Origin: Lysobacteraceae bacterium
GTDB taxonomy: Bacteria; Pseudomonadota; Gammaproteobacteria; Xanthomonadales; Xanthomonadaceae
Direction: 5' to 3'
DNA length: 56,893 nt
Assembly: GCA_031976395.1 (NCBI GenBank)
Contig: DALYLJ010000001.1
Location: forward strand, 1 to 56,893
Shown here: piece by piece, positions 11,101-20,216 of the stretch
Position numbering within the stretch: position 1 is the first letter of the stretch
Layout: the number at the start of each line of letters is the position of its first letter
Position numbers and translations under genes: made by a program
Notes under the pieces: generated by a model
Databases searched by the model: none
Seen by the model: only the letters and a program-made list of their open reading frames with translations
What the model was told of the DNA's origin: nothing

Positions 11101-11350
11101 TCAGCACCTCGCGACCGTCGCGCCAGACGCTCAGGCGCCGAGCGCCGGCCTCGACCTGAACCCGCACCGCACCCTCGGCATTGGTGCGGGCGATCGGTAG
11201 CTGGTCGATGCGCACTTCGGCCTCGGCCAGCGGTATCTGATCGTCGAACAGCACCAGTGACAGCGAGGCCGGATCGGCCGCCAGTGCCGACTGCACGGCC
11301 GCGACCAGGGCAGCGAAGGCGAGGGTCGGTCGGTGGCGAAATCGGGTCAT
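8171..11350 (-). CDS. TonB-dependent outer-membrane receptor with N-terminal carboxypeptidase-regulatory-like domain(s)
   Basis: I trimmed the ORF to the ATG at 11350, giving [24 protein letters not shown] as signal peptide. There is a CarboxypepD_reg-like segment [45 protein letters not shown]. The plug reads [42 protein letters not shown]. The C-terminus ends ...LTVEWSPF with a terminal aromatic residue. Confidence 0.9.
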   Translation of the reverse strand: [1059 protein letters not shown]

Positions 11351-11397
11351 CGGGCGGGTTCCGGCAACGAGCGGGCGGCGGTCGGGGCAGTTGACGA

Positions 11398-12573
11398 TCA
11401 GGAACAGGTCCAGCGGGCATCGCCGCACTCGCTCATCAGGCGGCGCAGTTCGGTGGCCTTGCGGAACAGTTCCGGCCGGGTCAGGGCCTGCAAGTGACGC
11501 TCGGCAGCCTGGTGGTCGCCGTCGCGGTAGTGGGCATAGGCGAGGGCGTAGCGCACGTCTTCGTCGGCCAGCAGGCCGGCGCGGTAGAGTGCTTCCTCCA
11601 TCGCCGCCACCTGGTCATAACGACGCAGTTCGAGCAGCAGGCCGACCCGCTGCTTCAGCCGGCGCTCCGGCTCGGGCACCAGGGCATTGGCGCGCAGCGC
11701 ACGGGTCGGCTGACCGGCGCGACGCAGCAGTTCGGCGGTCTCGGCATACAGGGCCGGCTCGGCGACAGCGGCACGCGCCAGGATTTCGGCAGCAGCCATC
11801 GGGGCGTCGGCCTCCAGCCAGGTCTGCGCCAGCGCCTTGGGGATGCTGACATCCTCGGGGAACCGCATCCCGGCTTCTTCCAGGAACACCAGCGCGGCCT
11901 GGGTATCACCGCTGCGGCGCAGTGCCGTGCCGATGGCGACGTAGTCTTCGGCCTTGCCCTCGGCCCGCCGCAGATAGGTGCGACCGAGTTCGGCGGCCTC
12001 CCGATTGAGCCCGGCATCGATCAGATAGAACACCTGCCGGCGCAGAAAGCCGTGATTGCCGGGAAAGCGCTCGCTGGCCCGACTGAGGGTGTCGAACGTC
12101 TCCTGGCGCCGCCCCAGCATCCAGTAGGCATGGCCACGCATCAACCAGGCCCCGGAAAGCGCCGCGACGCCCTCACCGGCTGCGTCGAGCGCAGCCAGCG
12201 CGTCGCCGTAGCGCTCGATGGCGAAGTACGCCTGGGCACGATAAAGGTGGATCAGCGGGTCGTTCTGACCGGCAGCGATGGCTTCGGCGAAGGCGTCGGC
12301 AGCCTCGCTGTGGCGGCTGCGCTCCAGGGCGATCAGGCCGCGCACGGTGTGGTACTGGCCACGATCGAGCGCCTCATCGGCGACATCGACCTGGGCCAGC
12401 GCCTCCTCGGCCCGCGCGTACTCGCCGTCGCGGGTCAGCAGGGTCGCCAGGGCGAGGTAATCGACCTCGTCCTCGCCCTTCTTTGCCGCCAGCGGCGGGG
12501 TCAGCACCAGGCCGGCCACCAACAGGACGAGTGGCAGAACGAATCGAATCGGCACAGGGAAGGGGCTCTGCAT
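11398..12573 (-). CDS. Tetratricopeptide-repeat protein of the TonB cluster (TtpD-like position)
   Basis: It has a signal/anchor segment IRFVLPLVLLVAGLVLTPPLAA followed by repeated TPR-like A/Y/L helices. It sits immediately downstream of tonB with a 1-bp gap. Confidence 0.8.
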   Translation of the reverse strand: MQSPFPVPIRFVLPLVLLVAGLVLTPPLAAKKGEDEVDYLALATLLTRDGEYARAEEALAQVDVADEALDRGQYHTVRGLIALERSRHSEAADAFAEAIAAGQNDPLIHLYRAQAYFAIERYGDALAALDAAGEGVAALSGAWLMRGHAYWMLGRRQETFDTLSRASERFPGNHGFLRRQVFYLIDAGLNREAAELGRTYLRRAEGKAEDYVAIGTALRRSGDTQAALVFLEEAGMRFPEDVSIPKALAQTWLEADAPMAAAEILARAAVAEPALYAETAELLRRAGQPTRALRANALVPEPERRLKQRVGLLLELRRYDQVAAMEEALYRAGLLADEDVRYALAYAHYRDGDHQAAERHLQALTRPELFRKATELRRLMSECGDARWTCS

Positions 12574-12574
12574 G

Positions 12575-13207
12575 TCAGCCTCGGCTCAGGTCGAAGCGAA
12601 CCCGCTGCCGCGCCCAGACCCGGACGTTCTCGCCCTTGTAGCTGGCCGGCTCGAACTTCCAGTTCTGCACGCCGGCCATGGCGACATCGTCGAACACCCC
12701 GGCCGGCTCCGACTCCAGCACCTTGACCCGCTCGACCTGTCCGGTCGGACTGATCAGCACGCTCAGCAGCACGTAGCCGGTGATGCCGGATGCCTTGGCC
12801 CGCGGCGGGTAGATCATGGCGGTCTGGACCAGCGGTCGCGGGGGCTGATCGACCGTATCATCGGTCATCACCACCTCGCCGCCATCGCCGAGCAGACCCT
12901 TGCCGAGGTCGAGTTCGGAGGCATCGAAGGCCGGCAGGCCGAAGTCGAGCCCGGACAGCGCCGAGTCGAGCCCGACCAGCGGGGTCGGTGCCTGCCGCTG
13001 CGGCCGCTTGGGCGGCTCGGGCTTGCGCACCGGCTGCTGCTGGGGCGGCTTTTCCTTGCGCACGAGTTCGATCTGGCTGCCGCGTTCGCCGTCATCATCG
13101 CGCTGGGTGCCCAACTGGCGGTTCATCACCAGCATGAGCCCGAGCACCATGGCAAAGCCCAGCACGGCGCTGATCGCACCGGCCAGTCGCGCTCGACGAC
13201 CGTCCAT
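12575..13207 (-). CDS. tonB: Energy transducer TonB
   Basis: N-terminal TM helix, then a Pro/Lys/Gln-rich spacer KEKPPQQQPVRKPEPPKRPQRQAPTP. The C-terminal TonB domain reads YPPRAKASGITGYVLLSVLISPTGQVERVKVLESEP...AMAGVQNWKFEP. Confidence 0.88.
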   Translation of the reverse strand: MDGRRARLAGAISAVLGFAMVLGLMLVMNRQLGTQRDDDGERGSQIELVRKEKPPQQQPVRKPEPPKRPQRQAPTPLVGLDSALSGLDFGLPAFDASELDLGKGLLGDGGEVVMTDDTVDQPPRPLVQTAMIYPPRAKASGITGYVLLSVLISPTGQVERVKVLESEPAGVFDDVAMAGVQNWKFEPASYKGENVRVWARQRVRFDLSRG

Positions 13208-13210
13208 CGA

Positions 13211-13624
13211 TCAGCCCTCGCCGGCTTCGGCGACGGTGGCCACGCCGACATCCTCGGCGCCGGCCAGCCGGGCCTGATCGACCACTTCGACCAGACGTCC
13301 CGAAGGCACCGCCTCGTCGGTCACCACCAGGACCGATTTGCCGGTCGATGCGCGCAACTGATCGCGCAGCCGACCCTGAATCGCCCACACCCGCACCGGC
13401 TCACCATCGAGGTAGACCTCACCGGCCTTGTCGATGTACAGCCGGATCGCCTTGGTCGAGGCGACCTGCTGGGTCTTGGCGCCCGGCCGGTCGATGTCGA
13501 GCTTCATGTCCTTGACGAAGGTGGTGCTGACCATGAAGAAGATCAGCAGGATGAAGGTCATGTCGATCATCGGGGTGAGATCGACGGCGCCCTCGGCGGC
13601 CTTGGTCTGTCGGCGTCTGAGCAT
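13211..13624 (-). CDS. exbD: Biopolymer transport protein ExbD/TolR
   Basis: MLRRRQTKAAEGAVDLTPMIDMTFILLIFFMV is the canonical ExbD N-terminus. I trimmed the track ORF 13211..13708 to the ATG at 13624, 4 bp downstream of the exbB stop. Confidence 0.9.
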   Translation of the reverse strand: MLRRRQTKAAEGAVDLTPMIDMTFILLIFFMVSTTFVKDMKLDIDRPGAKTQQVASTKAIRLYIDKAGEVYLDGEPVRVWAIQGRLRDQLRASTGKSVLVVTDEAVPSGRLVEVVDQARLAGAEDVGVATVAEAGEG

Positions 13625-13628
13625 GGGT

Positions 13629-14240
13629 TCAGCCTGGTTGCACGGGGGCGACGAGAATGTCCTTGATCTGCGCCAGATCGCCGGCCAGGCGTTCGGCGCG
13701 ACGATCAAGCACGGTCTTGGCGATCAGGCCCGGCACCGCCACCACCAGACCCATCTGGGTGGTGAACAGCGCCGTGGCGATACCGGAGGCGATGCCGCCG
13801 GATTGCGAGAACATCGTCATGTCGCCGAGCGACTCGAAGGTGACGATCATGCCCATCACCGTGCCGAGCAGGCCGAGCATGGGCGCGATGCCGACCAGCG
13901 AGGTGATCAGGGTGGCGTGCCGCCTGAGCAGACCATCGAAATCGCCGAAGGCATCGTCGAGCCGACGGCGCAGGTCCGGCACACCGGCCTCACGCAGTTT
14001 CAGGCCACGCACGATCGCCTCGTCGATGATGCCCTCGACCGATTGCCGACGACCGTCGGCGTAGCGCTTGATCAGCACCCGGACATTGCTGGTGCTGCCG
14101 CGACGCAGCAGCGCCCAGCGGGTGCCGATGGCGTACCACAGCAGGGCGGTGGCCAGCAGCAGGGGCGGCATCACCACGCCACCACTGCTCAGGTAACCGC
14201 CGAGCGCGTCGTACCAGTGGGCCGAGCCGCCGCTGATCAT
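13629..14240 (-). CDS. exbB: MotA/TolQ/ExbB proton-channel protein
   Basis: 203 aa with three TM segments. The conserved C-terminal channel region reads GIAPMLGLLGTVMGMIVTF...GIASGIATALFTTQMGLVVAVPGL. Confidence 0.9.
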   Translation of the reverse strand: MISGGSAHWYDALGGYLSSGGVVMPPLLLATALLWYAIGTRWALLRRGSTSNVRVLIKRYADGRRQSVEGIIDEAIVRGLKLREAGVPDLRRRLDDAFGDFDGLLRRHATLITSLVGIAPMLGLLGTVMGMIVTFESLGDMTMFSQSGGIASGIATALFTTQMGLVVAVPGLIAKTVLDRRAERLAGDLAQIKDILVAPVQPG

Positions 14241-14253
14241 GATCCGCTCGCGC

Positions 14254-15666
14254 TCAGGCCGACCGACGCGCAGCCGCCAGTTGCGCGTCCTGGTAGAGGT
14301 TGACCACCTTCAACGCGGCCTTCTCCATGTCGTCCTTGATCCGCTCGGCCCAGCCGTTGAGCAGGTTGCCGAGCAGCAGCACCGGAATCGCCACCATCAG
14401 ACCCAACTGAGTGGTCACCAGGGCGGTGGCGATGCCGCCGGACAGCAGCTTGGGATCGGAGGTGCCGAATTCGGTGATGACATCGAAAGTCTGGATCATG
14501 CCGGTCACCGTACCGAGCAGGCCGAGCAGGGGCGCGACGGCAGCGATCATCAGGATGAAGGTGCCGAATCGACTGAGATGGCTGGACTCGTGCAGGATCG
14601 ACTCGGAGACGATGTCTTCGAGATGCTCGCGGTCGCGGTCGATGTTGCGCAGGGCGGCGGTCACCACCCGCGCAGCCGATCCCTTGAAGCGCTTGGCAGC
14701 GGCGATCGCATTGTCGGTGCGGCCAGCACCGAGTTCGCGCGCCACGCCATCGATGATCGGCGCGATCGCGGCACCGGCGTTCTTCAGGAATACGCTGCGC
14801 GCCAGCACCAGCCCGAGCGCCAGCAGGCCAAGCGCGACGATGATGTAACCGATCAGGCCGCCCTTGGCGATCTCGCCCCACAGGGTCTTGACCTCCGGAT
14901 CGGAGACAGCAGCATTGGCGTTCTCGAACAGATAGACCTGCATCGGCGAGGGCAGCGTGCCCGCCGCCAGGGCCTCGGCACTGGCTGCCGCTGGCGCCGC
15001 CCACAGCCGGAAGCGACCGCCGCCGGCCGGTGCCAGCGCGCCGGAACCGTCCTTGCTGACACCGAAGGCGGCGATGTTGCCGAAGCGGATGATCGTACCG
15101 CGCACTTCGCTGCCATCGGCCAGATAGAACACGCCGGCTTCACTGCGCAGGCGACCGAAGTCGGTCAGGGCAGCGAGCGCGGTGTCGAACACCGTGTCCA
15201 GGCGCTGGCTCGGGTCGGCCGCCTGGAACTGCTGATCATCGAGTGCGGTGATCCCGAAGCCGCCGAGGGTGGCGCGGGCCTGCTCGAAGGTCACGTCCAG
15301 CAGTTCGGTGTTCTCGATCAGGCTCTGCTCGCGCTGCTCGATCAGCAGCAGTTGGTCGCTGAGTGATTCGGCCTCGGACTTGGCCGCCAGCGCGCCCGCT
15401 TCCAGACGACCGATCTCGGCCTCCAGGCGGGTACGATCAGCCTCGAAGCGCGTCCGGGTCTGCTCGATGCGGGCGGTCAGCTCACGCTTCTGCGCTTCGA
15501 GAAAGGCGAATTCGCGCTTGTACGCCTGCTCCAGCGCGACCTGCGGTGCCGGCGCGGCAGCCGGCGGCTCGGGGGCGGGCGCGGTGGTCGGCACGCCATC
15601 CTGGGCGCCGGCCACGCCCGCGAACAACAGACTGACCAGCAGTCCGGCGGTCGAAAGCCGATTCAT
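14254..15666 (-). CDS. Long MotA/TolQ/ExbB-family protein with a periplasmic coiled-coil N-terminal domain (TtpC-like)
   Basis: I trimmed the ORF to the ATG at 15666, which overlaps the upstream stop as ATGA. The signal peptide is MNRLSTAGLLVSLLFAGVAGA. A coiled-coil precedes the C-terminal ExbB channel motif APLLGLLGTVTGMIQTF...GGIATALVTTQLGLMVAIP. Confidence 0.85.
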   Translation of the reverse strand: MNRLSTAGLLVSLLFAGVAGAQDGVPTTAPAPEPPAAAPAPQVALEQAYKREFAFLEAQKRELTARIEQTRTRFEADRTRLEAEIGRLEAGALAAKSEAESLSDQLLLIEQREQSLIENTELLDVTFEQARATLGGFGITALDDQQFQAADPSQRLDTVFDTALAALTDFGRLRSEAGVFYLADGSEVRGTIIRFGNIAAFGVSKDGSGALAPAGGGRFRLWAAPAAASAEALAAGTLPSPMQVYLFENANAAVSDPEVKTLWGEIAKGGLIGYIIVALGLLALGLVLARSVFLKNAGAAIAPIIDGVARELGAGRTDNAIAAAKRFKGSAARVVTAALRNIDRDREHLEDIVSESILHESSHLSRFGTFILMIAAVAPLLGLLGTVTGMIQTFDVITEFGTSDPKLLSGGIATALVTTQLGLMVAIPVLLLGNLLNGWAERIKDDMEKAALKVVNLYQDAQLAAARRSA

Positions 15667-16442
15667 TGGCCACCTCCGATCGCCACGATCGGCAACTCGA
15701 AGTAGCCCTGGCGAATCTGCTTGCGCAGCGCGTCGAACAGGGCCTCGATGCGCGCCACGTCGGCGCTGTCGGTCAGCCGCTGCCACTGCCAGGTGTCACC
15801 GGCGCCGGTACGCACCGCCTGACCGACCTGGCCATCGGTGGTCTGGAAGTACAGCGCCATGGTGCCGAGCTTGGCCACGTCGGCCAGCATCTTCCAGCCA
15901 TCGACGGTGATGGTCTGGCGATGCAGGCTGTTCTCGCGGGTCAGCCGGAATTCGTCTTCGTACAGTGCCCACAGCCGATTCACGGCGCGCTGCGGCGGGA
16001 TCGCCCCGCTCTCGATCTGGACCACGAAGCGATCCAGTTCGCCCAGCCGCTCCTCGATCTTGAACGGCACACCCGCTGCGACCTGGGTGCGCAGCGCCGC
16101 GATCTTGGCCAGCAGGATCGGCTTGAGCGCATCGCCTTCGAGGCCGATCTCGGCCTGTGCCTGCTCGGCCGCTGCGCGCTTCTCGCGCAGCTCACGCGCC
16201 ACCCGTTGCTGGCGCTCCAGGCTGGCGGTCAATTCGGCGCGCTGGGCATTGAGGCCAGCCAGGGTGGTGCGCTGCTCCTCGCGCAACAGTTCCAGTTCGC
16301 CATTGATGCGCTCCACTTCGCCGCGAAGTTCGATCAGGCGCTGGGCGAGCGGGTCGTCCTGGGCGATGGCAACGACCGGCAGCAGGGCGAGCGGCACGGC
16401 CAGCGTGGCCACCCAGAGGCGGTACACGTAGTGGCGAGGCAT
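15663..16442 (-). CDS. DUF3450-family periplasmic protein (TtpB-like), first gene of the TonB2-type operon
   Basis: Signal peptide YRLWVATLAVPLALLPVVAIA, then a coiled-coil (LIELRGEVERINGELELLREEQ...) and a conserved C-terminal half. It occupies the position upstream of the long ExbB paralog. Confidence 0.78.
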   Translation of the reverse strand: MPRHYVYRLWVATLAVPLALLPVVAIAQDDPLAQRLIELRGEVERINGELELLREEQRTTLAGLNAQRAELTASLERQQRVARELREKRAAAEQAQAEIGLEGDALKPILLAKIAALRTQVAAGVPFKIEERLGELDRFVVQIESGAIPPQRAVNRLWALYEDEFRLTRENSLHRQTITVDGWKMLADVAKLGTMALYFQTTDGQVGQAVRTGAGDTWQWQRLTDSADVARIEALFDALRKQIRQGYFELPIVAIGGGQ

Positions 16443-16630
16443 TGGGGTGGGGTCTCCGGAGGGATTCAGACACGCGGGGCACCGGTCGGATGCCGACGGT
16501 GGTCAGGATATGACCGACCGATGACCGATTTATGACACCGCACCGGCTATCCGGCGCGAGCGAACGCCGGCATCTCCGCCCGGGCGACGGCCCAGGCCGG
16601 CCACCGCCGGGACCGGCAATGCCGGCTACA

Positions 16631-18421
16631 ATGGAGGTTTTTACGCCGACACGCCCCGTGAAAGACCATCTGAGGGAACTCGTCGTCCAGGCCCTGCTGG
16701 ACCTCCGCCGCCACAAGAAACTCGACTTCGATCCGGCCACGCTCCAGTTCGAGGTCGAACGCAGCCGGGTTCAGGGTCATGGCGACTATGCCTGCAACGC
16801 CGCCATGGTGCTGGCGAAATCCGCCGGCATGCCGCCCCGCAAGCTGGCCGAGGCGATCCTGGAGCAATTGCCCGAATCGCATCATCTGGCCAAGGTCGAG
16901 ATCGCCGGCCCCGGCTTCATCAATTTCCACCTCAGTGCCGGCTGTCGGCTCGGGGTGATCCGCCGGGTGCTCGAACTCGGCCCCGACTACGGCCGTCAGC
17001 CCGCCGACAGCGCCGAACCGGTGACGGTGGAATTCGTTTCCGCCAACCCGAACGGTCCGCTGCACGTCGGCCATGGTCGCGGCGCGGCCTTCGGCGCCTC
17101 GCTGGCCAACCTGCTGGAATGGGCCGGCCACCGGATTCAGCGCGAATACTACGTCAACGACGCCGGACGCCAGATGGACATCCTGGCGATCAGCGTCTGG
17201 CTGCGCTATCTCGAACTGGGCGGCATCATCGTGCGCTTCCCGGACAACGGCTACAAGGGCGACTACGTGGTCGAGATCGCCCGCGAACTGCGCGAGCGCG
17301 TGGGCGACCGCCTGCGCCACACCGCACTGGATGTGCAGGACGGCCTGCCCGCCGATGAAGCGCAGGGTGGCGACAAGGAAGCCCACGTCGATGCCCTGAT
17401 CGTCCGTGCCAAGGCCCTGCTCGGCGCGGACGACTACGCCCTGGTATTCCGGACCGGGCTGGAATGGTGCCTGGGCGACATCCGCGACGATCTGGCCGGC
17501 TTCGGCGTCCGGCACGACAGCTTCTTCTCGGAGCGCTCGCTGATGACCGACGGCTACGTCGAGCGGGCGATCACCATGCTGCGCACCAAGGGCCACCTCT
17601 ACGAGCGCGACGGCGCAACCTGGTTCCGCTCGACTGACTTCGGCGACGACAAGGACCGCGTGGTCATACGCGACAATGGCGTCACCACCTATTTCGCCTC
17701 CGATCTCGGCTATCTGCTGAGCAAGTTCGAGCGCGGTTTCGAGCGGGCGATCTACATCTGGGGCGCCGACCACCACGGCTACATCGCCCGCATCCGTGCC
17801 GGCGCGATCGGCCTCGGCCTGGACCCGGCCCGCATCGAGATCCTGCTGGTCCAGTTCGCCATCCTGTTCCGCAGCGGCGAGCGGGTCCAGATGTCCACCC
17901 GCGCCGGCAGCTTCGTCACCTTGCGGCAACTGCGGGAGGAGGTCGGCCCGGACGCGGCGCGCTACTTCTACGTGATGCGCGGCAACGACCAGCACCTCGA
18001 TTTCGATCTCGACCTGGCCAAGAAGCACAGCAACGACAACCCGGTCTATTACGTGCAGTACGCCCATGCCCGGATCTGCTCGGTGTTCCGACAATTGACC
18101 GAGCGCCAGTGGAGCTTCAATCGCAGCGCCGCCGAAGCGGCGCGGGCCAGGCTGGTCGAGAAATCCGAACACGACCTGCTCAATGAAGTGATGGACTTCC
18201 CCGACCTGGTACTCTCGGCCGCACGCAACCGGGCACCCCAGCAGGTGGCCAACTACCTGCGCGGCCTGGCGGCCAGCTTCCACGCCTTCTACAACGACCA
18301 GCAACTGCTGGTCGCCGACGAGGAACTGCGCAACGCCCGGCTCGGATTGTGTGCCGCAACCCGTCAGGTGATCGCCAACGGTCTGGCGCTGATGGGTGTT
18401 TCGGCACCCGAGGAAATGTGA
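16631..18421 (+). CDS. argS: Arginine--tRNA ligase
   Basis: Class I HIGH motif (SANPNGPLHVGHGR) and a KMSK-like MSTRAG. The DALR anticodon-binding end reads YVQYAHARICS. The start is uncertain: ATG 16631 or GTG 16658. The track ORF begins at 16532, which would add a non-homologous Arg/Pro-rich leader. Confidence 0.93.
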   Translation: MEVFTPTRPVKDHLRELVVQALLDLRRHKKLDFDPATLQFEVERSRVQGHGDYACNAAMVLAKSAGMPPRKLAEAILEQLPESHHLAKVEIAGPGFINFHLSAGCRLGVIRRVLELGPDYGRQPADSAEPVTVEFVSANPNGPLHVGHGRGAAFGASLANLLEWAGHRIQREYYVNDAGRQMDILAISVWLRYLELGGIIVRFPDNGYKGDYVVEIARELRERVGDRLRHTALDVQDGLPADEAQGGDKEAHVDALIVRAKALLGADDYALVFRTGLEWCLGDIRDDLAGFGVRHDSFFSERSLMTDGYVERAITMLRTKGHLYERDGATWFRSTDFGDDKDRVVIRDNGVTTYFASDLGYLLSKFERGFERAIYIWGADHHGYIARIRAGAIGLGLDPARIEILLVQFAILFRSGERVQMSTRAGSFVTLRQLREEVGPDAARYFYVMRGNDQHLDFDLDLAKKHSNDNPVYYVQYAHARICSVFRQLTERQWSFNRSAAEAARARLVEKSEHDLLNEVMDFPDLVLSAARNRAPQQVANYLRGLAASFHAFYNDQQLLVADEELRNARLGLCAATRQVIANGLALMGVSAPEEM

Positions 18422-18999
18422 TGGCACGACAGACGCGCAGACAGGCCCGGCGCAACGGCGGTATCCGCTGGTGGATGGTGCTGCTTGCCGGTCTGCTGAT
18501 CGGCTTCCTGGCGTTCTTGTGGTTCGCACTGAGCGATCGGTTGGCGCCCGGACCGCAGCGCAGTCCGTCGCAACCAGCGCCCCAGCCAACGGCGCCGGCC
18601 GATCCGAAGCGGCGATTCGATTTCTACGAACTGCTGCCCGGCCGGGAAGTGCAGATCCCCGACGCCGAGTTGCGCGAGAAGGCCCAGGCCGAGCGCGAAG
18701 CGGCCCGGCAACCCGAACCGACCGCGCCCACCCCGACACCGGCACCCATGCCGGCGCCGAGCGGTGGCGAACGCCTGCTGTTGCAGGCCGGCTCATTCGG
18801 CGACCCGGCCCGAGCCGATGAGCTCAAGGCCCGGATCGCCCTGGCCGGTGAAGTCGCCCGGATCGAAACCGCCAGCGTCCAGGGCCGGACCGTGTATCGG
18901 GTGATCCTCGGCCCCTACCCTTCGGCCCAGGCACTGGAAGCCGCGAAATCTCGACTGAGCGGCCTCGGCATCGAATCGATCGCGGTCCGGGCGCGCTGA
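18421..18999 (+). CDS. SPOR domain-containing (peptidoglycan-binding) membrane protein
   Basis: The ATG at 18421 overlaps the argS stop by 1 nt. The protein begins MARQTRRQARRNGG, then a TM helix and a Pro-rich linker. The C-terminal SPOR-like region reads LLLQAGSFGDPARADELKARIALAG...GRTVYRVILGPYPSAQALEAAKSRL. Confidence 0.8.
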   Translation: MARQTRRQARRNGGIRWWMVLLAGLLIGFLAFLWFALSDRLAPGPQRSPSQPAPQPTAPADPKRRFDFYELLPGREVQIPDAELREKAQAEREAARQPEPTAPTPTPAPMPAPSGGERLLLQAGSFGDPARADELKARIALAGEVARIETASVQGRTVYRVILGPYPSAQALEAAKSRLSGLGIESIAVRAR

Positions 19000-19048
19000 G
19001 CCCACTCGGCGGCCGGCACCGCCGACCGCAGCGCCCGCCGTCGAGCGC

Positions 19049-19951
19049 TCAGTCCGAAACCAGCACCTGGCGCGGATCCTGTCCGGCCCGACACGGCAAT
19101 TCGCGCAGTTCGATGCCATGTGCGCGCAGCACGGCCGCGATCTGCCGGCTGCGATTGCAGAAGTGCCGGTAATCCGCCTGCCCGCGCTCCGACCCCGGAG
19201 TTGCCGCCGGATCGGCCCACAGCGCGGACCAGACGTCGGCACTCATCACCGCCATGGACACGACGCCGCCGGCACAGCGCAGCAGCGGCTCGGGCGCGGC
19301 GTCCAGCCAGCACACGGCATCCGGTTCGAGCAGGGCAGTCTCGATCAGCGGCCACAGTGGCTCCAGTCCGGCATGCTGGTACTGGACCGCGATCAGGGCC
19401 AGCAGGTCGGACAGACTGAGGTAGCGGGCATGCTCGATCGGCACCCCGAACAGGCGCTGGGCCGACAGTGCGGTCGCAGCACCGGCCATGCCGGACTCCA
19501 GCAGGATCGCCTCCAGATCGGCATGCACCTCGGCCCGCTCCGGCTCCGACACGGCGACCGTGATCGGCACCAGCCGCAACGGACCGCCGACCAGATTGGC
19601 GTCCGGACTGAATTCCGCCGGCAACCGGCCACCCTGACCCGCCACCGCCAGCACCTCGCGCAGACCGCGTCCGGCCGGCGCCCCGTGCAGCACCGCGCGC
19701 AACAGGGAATGGATCGGCCAGCCGGGGCGCAGCAGTTCGGCCGGATCGAAATGAGCGGCCAGCACCGCCAGGCCATGTCCGGCAAGCTGCGGAACCAGAC
19801 GAGCCAGATCGGCACCGATGGCATCGGTCAGTTCGCTGGCAACCGATCGCTCGATCACCAGGCGGTCGGCCACGTGCATCGGTTTCAGCTCCAGCGCCAG
19901 CACGGCATGGCCGAACGGCAACGAATCGGTACTGGCTGGGTCGATCGACAT
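19049..19951 (-). CDS. Hypothetical protein (300 aa), no recognisable family
   Basis: This frame shows genome-typical codon usage (ctg/gcc/ccg/gat, high GC3) and a balanced amino-acid composition. The two competing long ORFs here are Arg/Gly/Pro-rich. Confidence 0.6.
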   Translation of the reverse strand: MSIDPASTDSLPFGHAVLALELKPMHVADRLVIERSVASELTDAIGADLARLVPQLAGHGLAVLAAHFDPAELLRPGWPIHSLLRAVLHGAPAGRGLREVLAVAGQGGRLPAEFSPDANLVGGPLRLVPITVAVSEPERAEVHADLEAILLESGMAGAATALSAQRLFGVPIEHARYLSLSDLLALIAVQYQHAGLEPLWPLIETALLEPDAVCWLDAAPEPLLRCAGGVVSMAVMSADVWSALWADPAATPGSERGQADYRHFCNRSRQIAAVLRAHGIELRELPCRAGQDPRQVLVSD

Positions 19952-20216
19952 GGGCCGGCCAGCTTAGCACCCGATGGCCGCAGTCTGGGTTATCCTGCCG
20001 CGCGGTCGGCGACGGAACTGCGGCGAATCTGCACTCGTATCCGCGCGACCGAAGCTCGAACCATGGCCGGGCGGGCGGCCGATCGGCTCGGCGGCCGGTA
20101 CGGCAGCAGCGATCCGTGCCGCAGCGAGCATCCTGGCAGCCACCCCGGTGCCAGCCAGCACGGCCGGCACGCGATGCGAGCCGGCGACCCGTCTTCACCA
20201 AACGCTCCACCGGCCG

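Noticed and set aside
16547-18796. 749-aa minus-strand ORF
   Set aside because: It is antisense to argS and the SPOR gene, both of which have unmistakable homology. Its composition is Arg/Gly/Ala/Val/His-rich and domain-free.
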